55,008 nucleotides of DNA from a virus. Lineage: Duplodnaviria > Caudoviricetes. The translations under genes were made by a program, and so were the position numbers. A model generated the notes under the pieces. That model made no database searches. It was not told the origin of the DNA and saw nothing but the letters and a program-made list of their open reading frames with translations. The stretch lies in IMG/VR virus record IMGVR_UViG_3300009149_000040, positions 1 to 55,008 of that record. One strand, written 5' to 3'. Of the stretch, positions 26,225 to 36,589 are shown piece by piece (position 1 is the stretch's first letter; each line of letters opens with the position of its first letter).

Positions 26225-27385
26225 CTAGGAGAGTCGAATACCCTTGGAAACGCCACGGGAGTTGGCAATCACCGTTGCTTGACGCAAGAAGATGAACCAA
26301 CCGCGAGCGGCGCGGCCCAGCATGCGCTGGTCGACCACACTGGAGTTCAGTGCGATCATGTTTGCTTTGACACCCAGGGTTGCAGGGGAGGAGAGGAAAT
26401 AAACCTCTCCAGGCTGCAGAACCTGCAACGTGTCATAGCGGAATCCGTCAGTCACCAACTCGATGTCGGCTAGACGGCCCAGCTTACCCTCTACTGCCAA
26501 TTCATGCTTCTCGATTGGAGAGTACCACTTGCTCCACTCGTCGTTGGAGAAGAGGTCATCCCACAGGTCGATTGCAAGAAGGCAATGAGGGACCGGGAGG
26601 CTCCACTGCCAAACCTGGTTACGCAAGGTAACCAGAACGTTTGGAGTGAACGCGTTGAATGCGATAACATCATTGCTGGTCGCGGCAGCTTGATCCAAGA
26701 GGAACTTGGTGATGTTATCATCACGAACCATGGTGGACTCCAGAGCATCGTTGTATTTCTCTTCGATGATCTGTGCACCAGCTTCGTGAATCTCGTCTTC
26801 GCCCATCATCACGAGGGTCTCAATGTTGTAACCCTTGGGATAGATGTATTTTTGGCGAATCAAAGACTCAACTGTGTGGCCATCAGACAGCATCAACCAA
26901 GAAGTAACGTCCTTCTGGCGAATGCGGACACGAGCGGTTCCACCTTCGGCAACATCCTGCTGAGCAAGGATCTTGTTGGTGAAGCCCATGCGTCCCATGG
27001 TCTCAGAAATGCTGTCGGTGAAGACTTCACCAAGAACCTGGAAAGGACCGGAAGCTGTAGGAGACTTCTCTGCGAGAGCCGCCTGCACCAAGTGTCCCTC
27101 CTGGTTCCAACTGGCAACGTCGTCCATCGGGAATCCGCCTGGATCCTGATGAATTTCACCAGCGCGAGCAAGCTTAACCAGACCGTCAACGATCTCCATC
27201 AGGTCACGCTTGCTAGCAGCATTATACTCACCACCAGCACCAACTAGGTTGGTATTGGCGGAATGAACTACACTCCCCGTACGGGGGTTCGCCTTGAATG
27301 CACGCCCATTAGCGATGTCATTCCCTTGACGATCCCGGAGAGAAGCTTTTTTGAATACCTTAGACATATCAAATTCTCCTTTCAC
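26225..27385 (-). CDS. major capsid protein (HK97 fold)
   Basis: ~380 aa, distinct GC-richer codon usage, GKLGRLADIELVTDG...PGEVYF pattern, strong terminator, position after protease/scaffold/decoration genes. Confidence 0.75.
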   Translation of the reverse strand: MKGEFDMSKVFKKASLRDRQGNDIANGRAFKANPRTGSVVHSANTNLVGAGGEYNAASKRDLMEIVDGLVKLARAGEIHQDPGGFPMDDVASWNQEGHLVQAALAEKSPTASGPFQVLGEVFTDSISETMGRMGFTNKILAQQDVAEGGTARVRIRQKDVTSWLMLSDGHTVESLIRQKYIYPKGYNIETLVMMGEDEIHEAGAQIIEEKYNDALESTMVRDDNITKFLLDQAAATSNDVIAFNAFTPNVLVTLRNQVWQWSLPVPHCLLAIDLWDDLFSNDEWSKWYSPIEKHELAVEGKLGRLADIELVTDGFRYDTLQVLQPGEVYFLSSPATLGVKANMIALNSSVVDQRMLGRAARGWFIFLRQATVIANSRGVSKGIRLS

Positions 27386-27393
27386 GTTAAGGG

Positions 27394-28152
27394 TTACGCC
27401 GGGGTGATGTACTCAACACCCAGGTAGGGATCGCCTGCGGTCGGCAGAGAGATCACTTCGCCAAAAGCTGTTGCGCCAGCTTTAGAGAACACACCGTTGG
27501 CATCGAGTGTAAGCGCATCGCCAACAGCATACTGCGTAAAGCCGTCATACATGGTCGTGTAAACCACGCAATGACCCTGAGCAACAGTGATAAGACCAAA
27601 CTGATCCTCAGCACCACGGTTTACGTGGGACTGATGAAGAAGCTCATCACGCTCAATGGCGGTCAAGATGTAACGGTATACTACGCGAACCTTGTCGCCA
27701 GCATTACCAACGTCGAAGGTAAGCAGGCCAGGCAGAGTCGCGCCAACTGTACCAGCAGCAGGAAGCGCAGCAACAGTCAGATACGCAGGAACACCAAGGG
27801 TGTAATCCCACGCAGCTAGTTCAGGCACGCCACCAAGATGGTCGACCAAAGTGGTCTTCTTCAACTGAACTGTGTAAGGAGCTGCGGAGGGTACCGTAAT
27901 CTCTTCCACACCAGTGAAGGTTACCGCAGAAATGCGGGATTGCAGGGAAATTCCTGCTGGGCGAAGAGCCGCAGCAGCGGTGCTTGGCTGCACAACTTCT
28001 CCCAACCCAGAGGCGTCCGGTACACGAATAAGTACGGTACCTTCCTCTAGGAGATTGACGGTCGGTGCAACCGAAAATTGTCGCTTCCACTCGAAACGGG
28101 AACGAGTGATGTCGACTTTTGTCTTTACAGACGCATTCGGAAGGATTGACAT
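27394..28152 (-). CDS. head decoration/cement protein
   Basis: Ala/Gly/Thr/Val-rich, directly upstream of MCP, same codon bias, RBS ggagg. Confidence 0.55.
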   Translation of the reverse strand: MSILPNASVKTKVDITRSRFEWKRQFSVAPTVNLLEEGTVLIRVPDASGLGEVVQPSTAAAALRPAGISLQSRISAVTFTGVEEITVPSAAPYTVQLKKTTLVDHLGGVPELAAWDYTLGVPAYLTVAALPAAGTVGATLPGLLTFDVGNAGDKVRVVYRYILTAIERDELLHQSHVNRGAEDQFGLITVAQGHCVVYTTMYDGFTQYAVGDALTLDANGVFSKAGATAFGEVISLPTAGDPYLGVEYITPA

Positions 28153-28444
28153 TTTATGTCCTCCATCTAGTCGAGTTTCGTTTCAGGTTAACTACACAAA
28201 AAATATTGGGCTATAACTGAGGCTAAAAATGCTAATATTGTTTCCTCAATCCGAATGCTGTATTCAACTACCACCATTGATAATCTTGGTTAGACAATGG
28301 TGAAAGGTGTTTACAGAATTCCAAATGCCCGAAACTAATGTTACTGAATGCGCCGTGGGGATAATGTTGCGTAATAATTTTGATGACGCTTATTTTTGCT
28401 ACTATAGTATAAGTAGATTTTTGACTTAGCGTAACAAATATTAA

Positions 28445-29536
28445 CTATTTGTTGCTTGGCTTGTCTTTTCTGTTTTTACCAGAACCTTGCCAATAACGAT
28501 TGATCATCATTACTTTGTGTTGAAGAGCTTTTTTCTTAGTAGGAAACCTGCCCCTAAGCCTGCCTTTACCGCCGCCCTTCTTGCTCTCGTACACACAATA
28601 CTTCTGTTCTGTGATGTCTTTTTTAGGATCTATATCCTTCTCACGACAGATATCTACACCATCCATATTTTCTGGAAGGTCATAGGCCAGTACTTCTTTT
28701 ACAGCAGAGTCTACAGGAGTGTATACTACTCCAGCAAACACTACATGTCCTTCTACTTTAGAAGACAATTCCAACTCCTGTAGGTGACTGTGTAACAAGT
28801 TTATTAAGTCTGTTACTGCACCAAGGTTGCTACCCCTTCCAGAAGGACCGTATAAATAAAGTTTTGAAACTTCCGGATGAGAGGTATAGTTTTGAATAGC
28901 TAGCTGTATATCTTTATTTTCAATGCCACAACGAGTTAACCCGTCGTAAGCATGCTCCATTAAAATAAGGTTTCTCTCTCCACCAAATTCAATGTCTACT
29001 CTTCGCAGGTCATGAAGAGCGTCTCTAATACATCGTACAGAAGAGGTGTTTTCATTCTGTGTATAGGCAGATTTTTCTTTACGGTAATGATCTTTTAACT
29101 TTTCCACTTCTTCTGGATCTGCGTAGAACATCAGACCAAACTGCCTACCATTCCATCCAACAGTGTAAGAGCCGCCTAGTTTGGTCAGTTTGCTTGCACG
29201 GTTTAAAGGACCAGTAACTGAAGAAGAAAGTACAGAAGTTATCTTGTCAAAAACATCATCTACTTTTTTGTACTTATCTTTCAGCTTACTCAGATCACCA
29301 ACGTCATCTTGTAACTCAAACCTTTTAACTAAACTAGTTGCCGCCTCAAAAGTAGGTGCAGTTGCCCAACGACGTAGAAAAAGAGTAACTCCTCCTTGGC
29401 TATCCAAGACACGACTTTTTTTACGGCTTGTTCTAGATTCAAAACGTTTAAACACTTCTTCAACAGCATGGTCGAAGTCCTGTACATCTGGAACTAGATC
29501 AGGAAGTGGCATTGTGCTACCTAGAAGAGAATCCAA
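28445..29536 (-). CDS. putative virion protein with C-terminal CRxKD domain
   Basis: CREKDIDP...QKYCVY...GRFPTKKKA; tag-like VVFAGVVY. Confidence 0.6.
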   Translation of the reverse strand: MDSLLGSTMPLPDLVPDVQDFDHAVEEVFKRFESRTSRKKSRVLDSQGGVTLFLRRWATAPTFEAATSLVKRFELQDDVGDLSKLKDKYKKVDDVFDKITSVLSSSVTGPLNRASKLTKLGGSYTVGWNGRQFGLMFYADPEEVEKLKDHYRKEKSAYTQNENTSSVRCIRDALHDLRRVDIEFGGERNLILMEHAYDGLTRCGIENKDIQLAIQNYTSHPEVSKLYLYGPSGRGSNLGAVTDLINLLHSHLQELELSSKVEGHVVFAGVVYTPVDSAVKEVLAYDLPENMDGVDICREKDIDPKKDITEQKYCVYESKKGGGKGRLRGRFPTKKKALQHKVMMINRYWQGSGKNRKDKPSNK

Positions 29537-30473
29537 TAGCTTTAATCAAACGTGAAGAATAAATAACGCTTGGACTTTTAGACCCTTTTTGCCTATCGAT
29601 GTAATCCAAAGCTTTTTGTTTTTGCCTATCGATGTAATCCAAAGCTTTTTGTACGGAATCAACAGCACCAGTAGGATTTTTATCCCTCCAGTGCCATCCA
29701 ACCTGCGATACAGAGTAGTACCAAAGCTCTCCCTTTTCCTTAGCTTTCTCAGCTTCAACTTTTTGTGCAGGAGTTAACTTTGAATCGATATCCTCAGGGA
29801 TTGAACGACCTACCTTTTTAGATCCTGCAGGCAACTCTTCCCCTGTTCTACTCTTGGTAAGAATGACTATATCAAATTCAACAGCGTCACCCTTGTAAAA
29901 CTGATCATCAAAACGGTCATCCGCTTTAATCGCAGGAGCGCCCTTATTAGGACGCTTACCACGGCGTTTCTTCTTCCTAGCTGCAGTGATTTCTTCAGCT
30001 GCGGCCAGACGGTAGCGTTCTCCGTTAACTTTGATGAATTTTGGTAGACTTGTCATATCTAATCTCCTCCGTGTTAGCTGTCCCGTCTTTGGAGCAGCCA
30101 CGGGATTTTTTCGGATTGCGTTACGTAATCCTATTAAACTTTGTGCATCAAGGTATTTTAATATATTACCTGCTGGGTCAATAATATCATGAGAAGATGA
30201 GCTATCAACTTCTGCGGTAAGTCGGTAACGTCGTTCAGATAAATCAAAATCAAACGTCCACAGTATACGAATAGCTATAGGAGAAAGAATCCACTTCCCG
30301 CTACGAAATCTTTTCCCTGTTAGCGTAGTAGTACCGGTTCTTTTCTGAACTACTCCACTATCCTTCTCATCGTCAAACTCTATATCTATAGACCAGTCAA
30401 TACGATCCATATCTTGCAAGCGCAACTTAGTACTTGGACCTATTAATACTCCAATAGTTTCCATGACTAACAC
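29517..30473 (-). CDS. hypothetical fusion with internal RBS/start at 30056 and tag
   Basis: ggaggag before MTSLPKFIKVNGERYRLA. Confidence 0.6.
   Translation of the reverse strand: MLVMETIGVLIGPSTKLRLQDMDRIDWSIDIEFDDEKDSGVVQKRTGTTTLTGKRFRSGKWILSPIAIRILWTFDFDLSERRYRLTAEVDSSSSHDIIDPAGNILKYLDAQSLIGLRNAIRKNPVAAPKTGQLTRRRLDMTSLPKFIKVNGERYRLAAAEEITAARKKKRRGKRPNKGAPAIKADDRFDDQFYKGDAVEFDIVILTKSRTGEELPAGSKKVGRSIPEDIDSKLTPAQKVEAEKAKEKGELWYYSVSQVGWHWRDKNPTGAVDSVQKALDYIDRQKQKALDYIDRQKGSKSPSVIYSSRLIKAIGFSSR
29586..29651. repeat. exact 33-bp in-frame tandem duplication
   Basis: tttttgcctatcgatgtaatccaaagctttttg x2, encoding QKALDYIDRQK x2. Confidence 0.95.
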
Positions 30474-31024
30474 GCTGGGAGAGGGGCACCGCAGCCCCTA
30501 CAGTTTGATTCATCTCCCTTAGGGGGAGTTCCACAGTAAACACAGTCGCACAGTGTTTCTCTGTCCAACGTAATCGGAATGTTTTTTGTGTCGACTACGA
30601 TGTTCATATGTAAAAAATGTGGACTTCCACGGTGACGCATTCTACGAACCGTATTAACATGTGCTGTTGTGTCTATACCGTTTAGTGCTATAGGTATAGT
30701 AGCTCCAGGACGTATTTTTAAAGTTGAATAGCGGCTAGATGGACCAGTATCAAAGTGGTGTTGGTACTTCCAAGGAGTGGCATAAGATCGGGCTAATCTC
30801 TCACCGGCAGCCACCAATCTAGCAGAAGTAACATTTGTATCCACAACCACGCAGTTCCTAGGAAAACTACCTTTTTTATGTAGCCAAACACTTCCATGGT
30901 TCTTTCTTAGTATGGTAGACAAACGTAAAGAGCTAGAAACACACCAGTGCCCATCTTTAGGCCATAAAGCCGAAAGTTCTGGAAGAAGTATCCCAAACTT
31001 ATTTCTTTGAATTGCTAAGAGCAT
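30467..31024 (-). CDS. protein with C-terminal double Zn ribbon
   Basis: CVYCG...CRGCGAPL. Confidence 0.55.
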   Translation of the reverse strand: MLLAIQRNKFGILLPELSALWPKDGHWCVSSSLRLSTILRKNHGSVWLHKKGSFPRNCVVVDTNVTSARLVAAGERLARSYATPWKYQHHFDTGPSSRYSTLKIRPGATIPIALNGIDTTAHVNTVRRMRHRGSPHFLHMNIVVDTKNIPITLDRETLCDCVYCGTPPKGDESNCRGCGAPLPAC

Positions 31025-31736
31025 TCAACTCAGATATTCTCTGCGCAGCAGCTGTACGAAGATTATACAGTTGTTTTGAACGTGCAAATACGCTTTGAAC
31101 CTGCTTCTTGGGATGGAATTTCCTAGAGAGTCTAGTAGTAGCTGCCGTTGCTTCTGCCTCTTCTCCAAGAGTTACTTCTGCTTCTTCTTCTTCCTCTGGA
31201 GCAGCAGCATCTTCTTCGTTTTCGATATCAGTAACTTCTTCCACTTCATCCATAGGAATCTCTGGAATCTCAGATCCCAATAAGTCTCCACTACCCGGAA
31301 CATCTTCTTCAGTATATTGTACAGAAAGTGTACTTACTAAGCCGTCCAAAGAGTTTAGAACCTCTTCCATACCTGGTCCAAAGATGTCGTGAACAACATC
31401 TTTCATCCAAGGACGAAAGTGGTCTACTGACTCCTCGTATCCATATTCACCAAGCTTCTGCTTGATTACCTCACCAAGTTCACCTATCCCATCCTCAAAT
31501 ATCTGAGTTAGAGAAGCCTGAATACTGGCTACAGACTTGTCAAACATCTCAACTCCTTTTTCGGAGAAGATGTCTGCAAGTGGATCAAGCATGCGACGAC
31601 GCAATTTTGGAGAAGTCTCACCAGGCCTGCGCTCAGCAGGTGTAGATTCTTCCTTTTTATCTTTCTTTTTACGTGCAGCTTCTGAGAAGATCCCTTGTCG
31701 TTCTATTGTTGCTGGACGATACTTGTCAGATGGCAT
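30999..31736 (-). CDS. acidic putative head-core protein
   Basis: Glu-rich, RBS aggag, ends LRTAAA. Confidence 0.55.
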   Translation of the reverse strand: MPSDKYRPATIERQGIFSEAARKKKDKKEESTPAERRPGETSPKLRRRMLDPLADIFSEKGVEMFDKSVASIQASLTQIFEDGIGELGEVIKQKLGEYGYEESVDHFRPWMKDVVHDIFGPGMEEVLNSLDGLVSTLSVQYTEEDVPGSGDLLGSEIPEIPMDEVEEVTDIENEEDAAAPEEEEEAEVTLGEEAEATAATTRLSRKFHPKKQVQSVFARSKQLYNLRTAAAQRISELNALSNSKK

Positions 31737-31753
31737 CTCGATTCTCCCTATAA

Positions 31754-32605
31754 CTACTCTTTTGAGGTATCTTCTTTAATATCCCCACCAGTTTCACGTA
31801 CTTCTTCTAGGTGGGATCTAAGTTTTTCACCAAGACTACTAGAACCTGTAACAAGAGGACCTGATTTGTATTCTTCGTATACTTTACGCCAAGTATTATA
31901 TACTAAATCATCTAGCATGGCCGTTACAGGACGAACTTCCCTTACACCATTAAATGCGAAAACTCCTCCCAAGCATCCACCAGAAGGAGCACGCTTCAAA
32001 GAGATGTCTACACTGTTTAAATGTGGGTATTCTATTAAGATAATATCTGTAAGTTTTCCTACAAACTCGTGCGCTACTTCATCAGGAACGTCATACTTCC
32101 AACCAATAACATCAAAGTTAGGTGGATAGCAGAATCCTCCACGAACAGTATCAACACTTTCTCTTAGTTTCTCATCTCTAATAGACAAAACAGCTGCAGA
32201 TCTTCTGCCAGTGTACAGCATAGGTTTGTACGAAGAGGTACGTTCAGGTAATGCTTTAGGAGACCATATCTGCCGTGCCTGCTCAGTTGAGATTTTAGGT
32301 ATGCCCGCAGCACGTAAAAGCTCTAAGAAGAACTTCTTTGCGTCTTCTTTCGTTAGCTCTAAAACGTTATCTCCGGATTTACCAGAAAACTTGGCAAAGA
32401 AACTTCCATATATTGGATCAAGGTATAGTGCACGAGTTTCTTCTGGATAGTCTACTGAGATAAGAAGTTCACCTTCTAGAGGGTTCCCTTCTTCAGACAA
32501 TAAAGTTAAATCATGCCCTTTTCGTATACGTGGCTTTATCTCTGCTAGTCTATACTTACAACCATTGTACGTTATATACCTAGGTGGTGTTTTGTTAGAA
32601 GTCAT
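31754..32605 (-). CDS. putative virion protein with N-terminal tag
   Basis: PRYITYNGCKYRLA, RBS aaggag. Confidence 0.6.
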   Translation of the reverse strand: MTSNKTPPRYITYNGCKYRLAEIKPRIRKGHDLTLLSEEGNPLEGELLISVDYPEETRALYLDPIYGSFFAKFSGKSGDNVLELTKEDAKKFFLELLRAAGIPKISTEQARQIWSPKALPERTSSYKPMLYTGRRSAAVLSIRDEKLRESVDTVRGGFCYPPNFDVIGWKYDVPDEVAHEFVGKLTDIILIEYPHLNSVDISLKRAPSGGCLGGVFAFNGVREVRPVTAMLDDLVYNTWRKVYEEYKSGPLVTGSSSLGEKLRSHLEEVRETGGDIKEDTSKE

Positions 32606-32614
32606 ATGGTCTCC

Positions 32615-33427
32615 TTAGACTCCCCAAATTCTATCAGAAAGTGCTATCGGGTAAGCGGGGTCTTCTACACTAGATGACTCAACAAAGTAGTAATCAAGCA
32701 TACTTTCGTATGTTAGATGCCCACGCTCGATAGTACCTTTTCCGGCACCATTTCTGATATGATCACAAGTTATTCTTCCATCTGAATGAAACTTGCACCA
32801 TGGGAGACTGCACTCAGTACGTTCTACCAGAGCCCCCATACTATGACCGATTCTATCTTTTTTCTGCACGAGATTGGAAAGTCGAGAGTCTTTGCTTCTG
32901 TCGAATCCTTTTAATATTTTGGTGTGCCACACACCCCTAAACGGTACTAGTGTGGCATCAAATATAATACCCTTAGCCCGTGTCGGATCTGAGTTATCAT
33001 GATCCATATGTACGGGTTTTCCTGTAAATGTTTGATACGCTGGTCTACCAATAATTGGTCTAAAGGTGGTAAGCTGATCGTAGTTGAACGCATCCATATT
33101 TCTATTAGGATAATCTGCTACTACAATGGGAACATCAACAAGAACGTAGTCAGAAATACTTGCACTTGTATGGTAAGCTGCAGCAGCTAGGGGTAGCCAA
33201 GAGATATCTAGAAAACCGCAGGCACAATTGGTTATTTTATCAATGTTTTTACCAGCTACTCGGAGTCTTCCTCCAGAAGTGCTAACATCTAAAGTATGAC
33301 CTTCAATAATTACTGGTTCATTGTAGTAACGATCCTTGGTCCACCGTCTAGAGAAGAACGTATCCCCTACATGGATGCCTCTACCTGCAGTAACAATATT
33401 TTCAGAAGAGAGGTCAAATAGGCTCAT
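32615..33427 (-). CDS. prohead maturation protease
   Basis: PNRNMDAF, TFTGKPVHMDHDN, KGIIFDA, SMGALV..TECS with Zn finger, FVESSSVEDPA; start moved to MSLFD, below the terminator. Confidence 0.75.
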   Translation of the reverse strand: MSLFDLSSENIVTAGRGIHVGDTFFSRRWTKDRYYNEPVIIEGHTLDVSTSGGRLRVAGKNIDKITNCACGFLDISWLPLAAAAYHTSASISDYVLVDVPIVVADYPNRNMDAFNYDQLTTFRPIIGRPAYQTFTGKPVHMDHDNSDPTRAKGIIFDATLVPFRGVWHTKILKGFDRSKDSRLSNLVQKKDRIGHSMGALVERTECSLPWCKFHSDGRITCDHIRNGAGKGTIERGHLTYESMLDYYFVESSSVEDPAYPIALSDRIWGV

Positions 33428-33464
33428 GGATAAAATCCCTGTGCAGCGAGTTGGTAATAAGAAA

Positions 33465-33503
33465 TTAATGTGTGGGGGAGGTATTCCCTCCCCCACACAT
33501 TAA
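33465..33503 (-). terminator. strong hairpin after scaffold gene
   Basis: 17-bp perfect inverted repeat ttaatgtgtgggggagg/cctcccccacacattaa. Confidence 0.8.
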
Positions 33504-33512
33504 GATTTGTCG

Positions 33513-35387
33513 CTACTTCTTACTTTTGAAACTGGCCAAAGACTGGTTCATGTGTCTTCCAGTCAGATTCATCTGCTTCTTCCAGTAGTCTTTGTCACCA
33601 TGGAAACCTGCTCCAGTAGGAGAAGGTGCAGCGGTACGGAGAGGTACGTTAGAGGGAACCTGCATAGCAGCTACCTTCTCACGAATGGGGCTCTCGGAGA
33701 TAACATCATCATATTCAGGAATTTCATCGCTAGCAGCGCGGTAACCAGGATGACGATAGCTCATTCCTGTGATCTCCTTGATATGATGGTCCATTACCTC
33801 TTTCGGAGCACCGAGCCACTCCTCAGCCTTGTTCAGCATAGCAGTTACGTAATCAACTGCGGCTTCACGCCAGGCATCCTCAATAAGATCAACAGCAGTG
33901 TTCTCATCTACGGAAACTCTAGCCATCTGGCGGATAAGAGCATCTTTCAATGGATTATCTGTGATGTAGTTCTTCATAGAACCTTCTATGACAACCGCTG
34001 CTGTGCTGATGAGGTGATCCTTAAGATCGGACATCGCTACTTTACGTGACTCTTCCATATCGGTAGCAGCTGCTTCACGCATCTTTACCGCAACGTCGCT
34101 CTTTAGAGCAGATGCAGCATAGTAACGCGCATGAACGCTGTTCAGGGTCTCAGAGAGGCCAAAGCTCTCAATTCCCTCCAAGATAAATTCAGGATAATTC
34201 TCATCCAAGAACATACCTAAATGCTCAGGGGGAAGCTGCTGATCCGCCAGCGCGATCTTTGCAACAGGGTCACCATCCACCAACACTACGTAGTGGGGGT
34301 TCTCGCCATCTTCTCCATGGAGAAAGAGGGTCACATCATTAACGTCCGCACCAGCAGACACTTTATCTAAAGAAATGGTTTCATAGATCATAGCGTTCTC
34401 CTCGGGCTCCACTACTTCGGCCTCTTTTAGCTCCTCTTCCTCAACAACGTCATCCATTACTTCTTCCTCTGTTGGTTCATCAAAGGTAGGAGCAGGAACA
34501 CAACCAGTAGGGCACTCCGAAACAGGCTCAACCTCTTCCTCAGAAACCTCTACGATCTCTTCATCGTCATCCATGTCTGCCTCTTCTTCAGCATCTGCAG
34601 CTTCATGCTCACGAGTGGCATACTCACGCCCACGAACAGGAGGACCTTGCTTGTCACAAGACTCACGAGCACGCTCGTCGTCCTCATCGTCCTCATCGTC
34701 ATCTATGAACTCGACGTCATCTTCAGAGACTTCCATGGCAGATTCAGGCTCGTCGTCGTCATCTTCTTCGTAAACTTCTACGTCTTTTGCATCTACTTCC
34801 ATGGTGTCATCCTCTTCTGCTTCTTCTTCAAGAGCTTCTTCGTAGTCTTCTGCTTCTGGAGCAATATCGTCTACTAGTTCAATGATAGAAATGTCCTCTG
34901 GATCAACATCCACAATTGGAAATTCTGGTTCTTGGTCCAGGTAGGCATCAGCCTCGTCACGCTGAAATCCAATTTCCTTAGGGGGCTTAGCTTCGTGGCC
35001 ACGACCACTCCCTAAGTTCATTTTTTCTCTAAGTCCTGACATTGTCGTAAACTCCTTAGAAGGTGATGCTTCAACAGGCCCTCCTGATCCACCACCAGTC
35101 TCTGATATAACATCGCCACCTATGCTGTCGTCGTTAAGTAATCCAGGTAAACCCTTCATTACTTTTTTACAGGATTTACTTTTTCCTTTGTAAGGACAAC
35201 TAGGTGGTCCGTGTGGGTACTCGTCAAGGAATTCTTTTGCGAACTCTTTGACATGCTTCTTCACTTCAGGGGGTTCTAACTCAATATTTAACGCTTCTTT
35301 ACCACGGTCCCCTTCAGTGTCTCCCGTAACTAAAGGCCCGTCACGCGAGTTGGTCTGAAGACGCAACTTCCTTGAAAATACCGACAT
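33513..35387 (-). CDS. acidic scaffold/prohead core protein
   Basis: long D/E tracts, located between portal and protease, RBS aggagg. Confidence 0.55.
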   Translation of the reverse strand: MSVFSRKLRLQTNSRDGPLVTGDTEGDRGKEALNIELEPPEVKKHVKEFAKEFLDEYPHGPPSCPYKGKSKSCKKVMKGLPGLLNDDSIGGDVISETGGGSGGPVEASPSKEFTTMSGLREKMNLGSGRGHEAKPPKEIGFQRDEADAYLDQEPEFPIVDVDPEDISIIELVDDIAPEAEDYEEALEEEAEEDDTMEVDAKDVEVYEEDDDDEPESAMEVSEDDVEFIDDDEDDEDDERARESCDKQGPPVRGREYATREHEAADAEEEADMDDDEEIVEVSEEEVEPVSECPTGCVPAPTFDEPTEEEVMDDVVEEEELKEAEVVEPEENAMIYETISLDKVSAGADVNDVTLFLHGEDGENPHYVVLVDGDPVAKIALADQQLPPEHLGMFLDENYPEFILEGIESFGLSETLNSVHARYYAASALKSDVAVKMREAAATDMEESRKVAMSDLKDHLISTAAVVIEGSMKNYITDNPLKDALIRQMARVSVDENTAVDLIEDAWREAAVDYVTAMLNKAEEWLGAPKEVMDHHIKEITGMSYRHPGYRAASDEIPEYDDVISESPIREKVAAMQVPSNVPLRTAAPSPTGAGFHGDKDYWKKQMNLTGRHMNQSLASFKSKK

Positions 35388-35463
35388 ACTAGCCTCCTAA
35401 TGTTGCTGTAAGCTCGTCTGTGTTTGTTAGTAATGTCGCGTAATGACGAGCGTAAATATTAGA

Positions 35464-35730
35464 TTAGCGAATGCCAATCTGTTGTGCGTAAAACCTAATC
35501 TTTTCCCAAAGATCTATACCTATTTGCTGTTTTTCATATGAAGAAATTTTATCAGAATTTGCAGTATCAGATAATCTCTTTACAAGTGCTCCAAATTCCT
35601 TCCACATTACAGCTTCTTGTGGCGCAGAATGGGCACGTCGGTAGGTGTGTCCTTTATATAATAACTTATTCGGTGTATTCTTTGGCATATTTAGTAACAA
35701 CTTTTCTAAGTAAGCTGTGAAGCAAGCCAA
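35464..35730 (-). CDS. small tagged protein (likely start MPKNT)
   Basis: PNKLLYKGHTYRRA. Confidence 0.55.
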   Translation of the reverse strand: MACFTAYLEKLLLNMPKNTPNKLLYKGHTYRRAHSAPQEAVMWKEFGALVKRLSDTANSDKISSYEKQQIGIDLWEKIRFYAQQIGIR

Positions 35731-36128
35731 TCAACTAGCTGCCACAAGTCGTTAAAGCCAGAAGAACCAGTCCTATCCCTACGTTTGTAAGAGTACGAAC
35801 AGCTTACTGGATATCCAGTGTACCCTTGCGGTCTTAGAATTACAGTAACTACATCAAGCTTCCGTTTACCTAAACGAATATCGAAGTAGTAATCAGAATT
35901 AGTAGGGGATCTAACTATAAGCTGATCTGCACCAAGACGGTTCTTAAGCTCTTCGGCTACTATATTAAACACTTGAGCGTAAGTTGTAATATTAGCAGGG
36001 AATTGACTTAACAGCGTACTGCTGGAAGAACTTCCATCAACTGTAAAATTGTAACAAGATAATGGACAAGAGGTTGCAAGCATGTCGCTCGTCCCAATTC
36101 CAAAAACTCTACTCCAATTAGATGGCAT
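35706..36128 (-). CDS. hypothetical protein
   Basis: 140 aa ORF, RBS aagga. Confidence 0.55.
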   Translation of the reverse strand: MPSNWSRVFGIGTSDMLATSCPLSCYNFTVDGSSSSSTLLSQFPANITTYAQVFNIVAEELKNRLGADQLIVRSPTNSDYYFDIRLGKRKLDVVTVILRPQGYTGYPVSCSYSYKRRDRTGSSGFNDLWQLVDWLASQLT

Positions 36129-36167
36129 TAATAGTATCCTTTTAAGAAAAGATCTAATATAGAATAA

Positions 36168-36581
36168 CTAAGATGATACGGTATCGGTAAATATTTCTAT
36201 AGGTTGAATAAGTTTACCTGTAGGACTAACGTAAGCTTGGAACCTAACAGGAACATCCCCAAAGTCTTCTAGGATGGCTGGTGGAGTTCCTTGAGGAAAT
36301 TCTACAAAACCTATGATGTTAAAACCGAACTGAGGAGAAGAATACGTATTTGAAACTTCTGGGTTGATAAGACTTACTTGCACATTACCTAGTTGTGCTC
36401 GAATAATACGAATAATTGGCTGTAAGTAGTCTTCCCAATGTGATACAGGTTCGTCTTCTATATCCTTTACCATCTCCGCTTCGTCAGGTATCTCCGTGTC
36501 TTCTATAGAATCTACCGTAGGATCCGCCTCTTCGGCAGCTACGTACACTCGTCCCTTGTATAAAACGCTACGCGCTTTCAT
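36168..36581 (-). CDS. putative virion protein with N-terminal tag
   Basis: ARSVLYKGRVYVAA. Confidence 0.6.
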   Translation of the reverse strand: MKARSVLYKGRVYVAAEEADPTVDSIEDTEIPDEAEMVKDIEDEPVSHWEDYLQPIIRIIRAQLGNVQVSLINPEVSNTYSSPQFGFNIIGFVEFPQGTPPAILEDFGDVPVRFQAYVSPTGKLIQPIEIFTDTVSS

Positions 36582-36589
36582 GAAATCAC

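Noticed and set aside
26279-28216. + strand ORFs antisense to capsid and decoration genes (e.g. 26504-27247)
   Set aside because: Shadow ORFs caused by codon bias; no RBS or motifs
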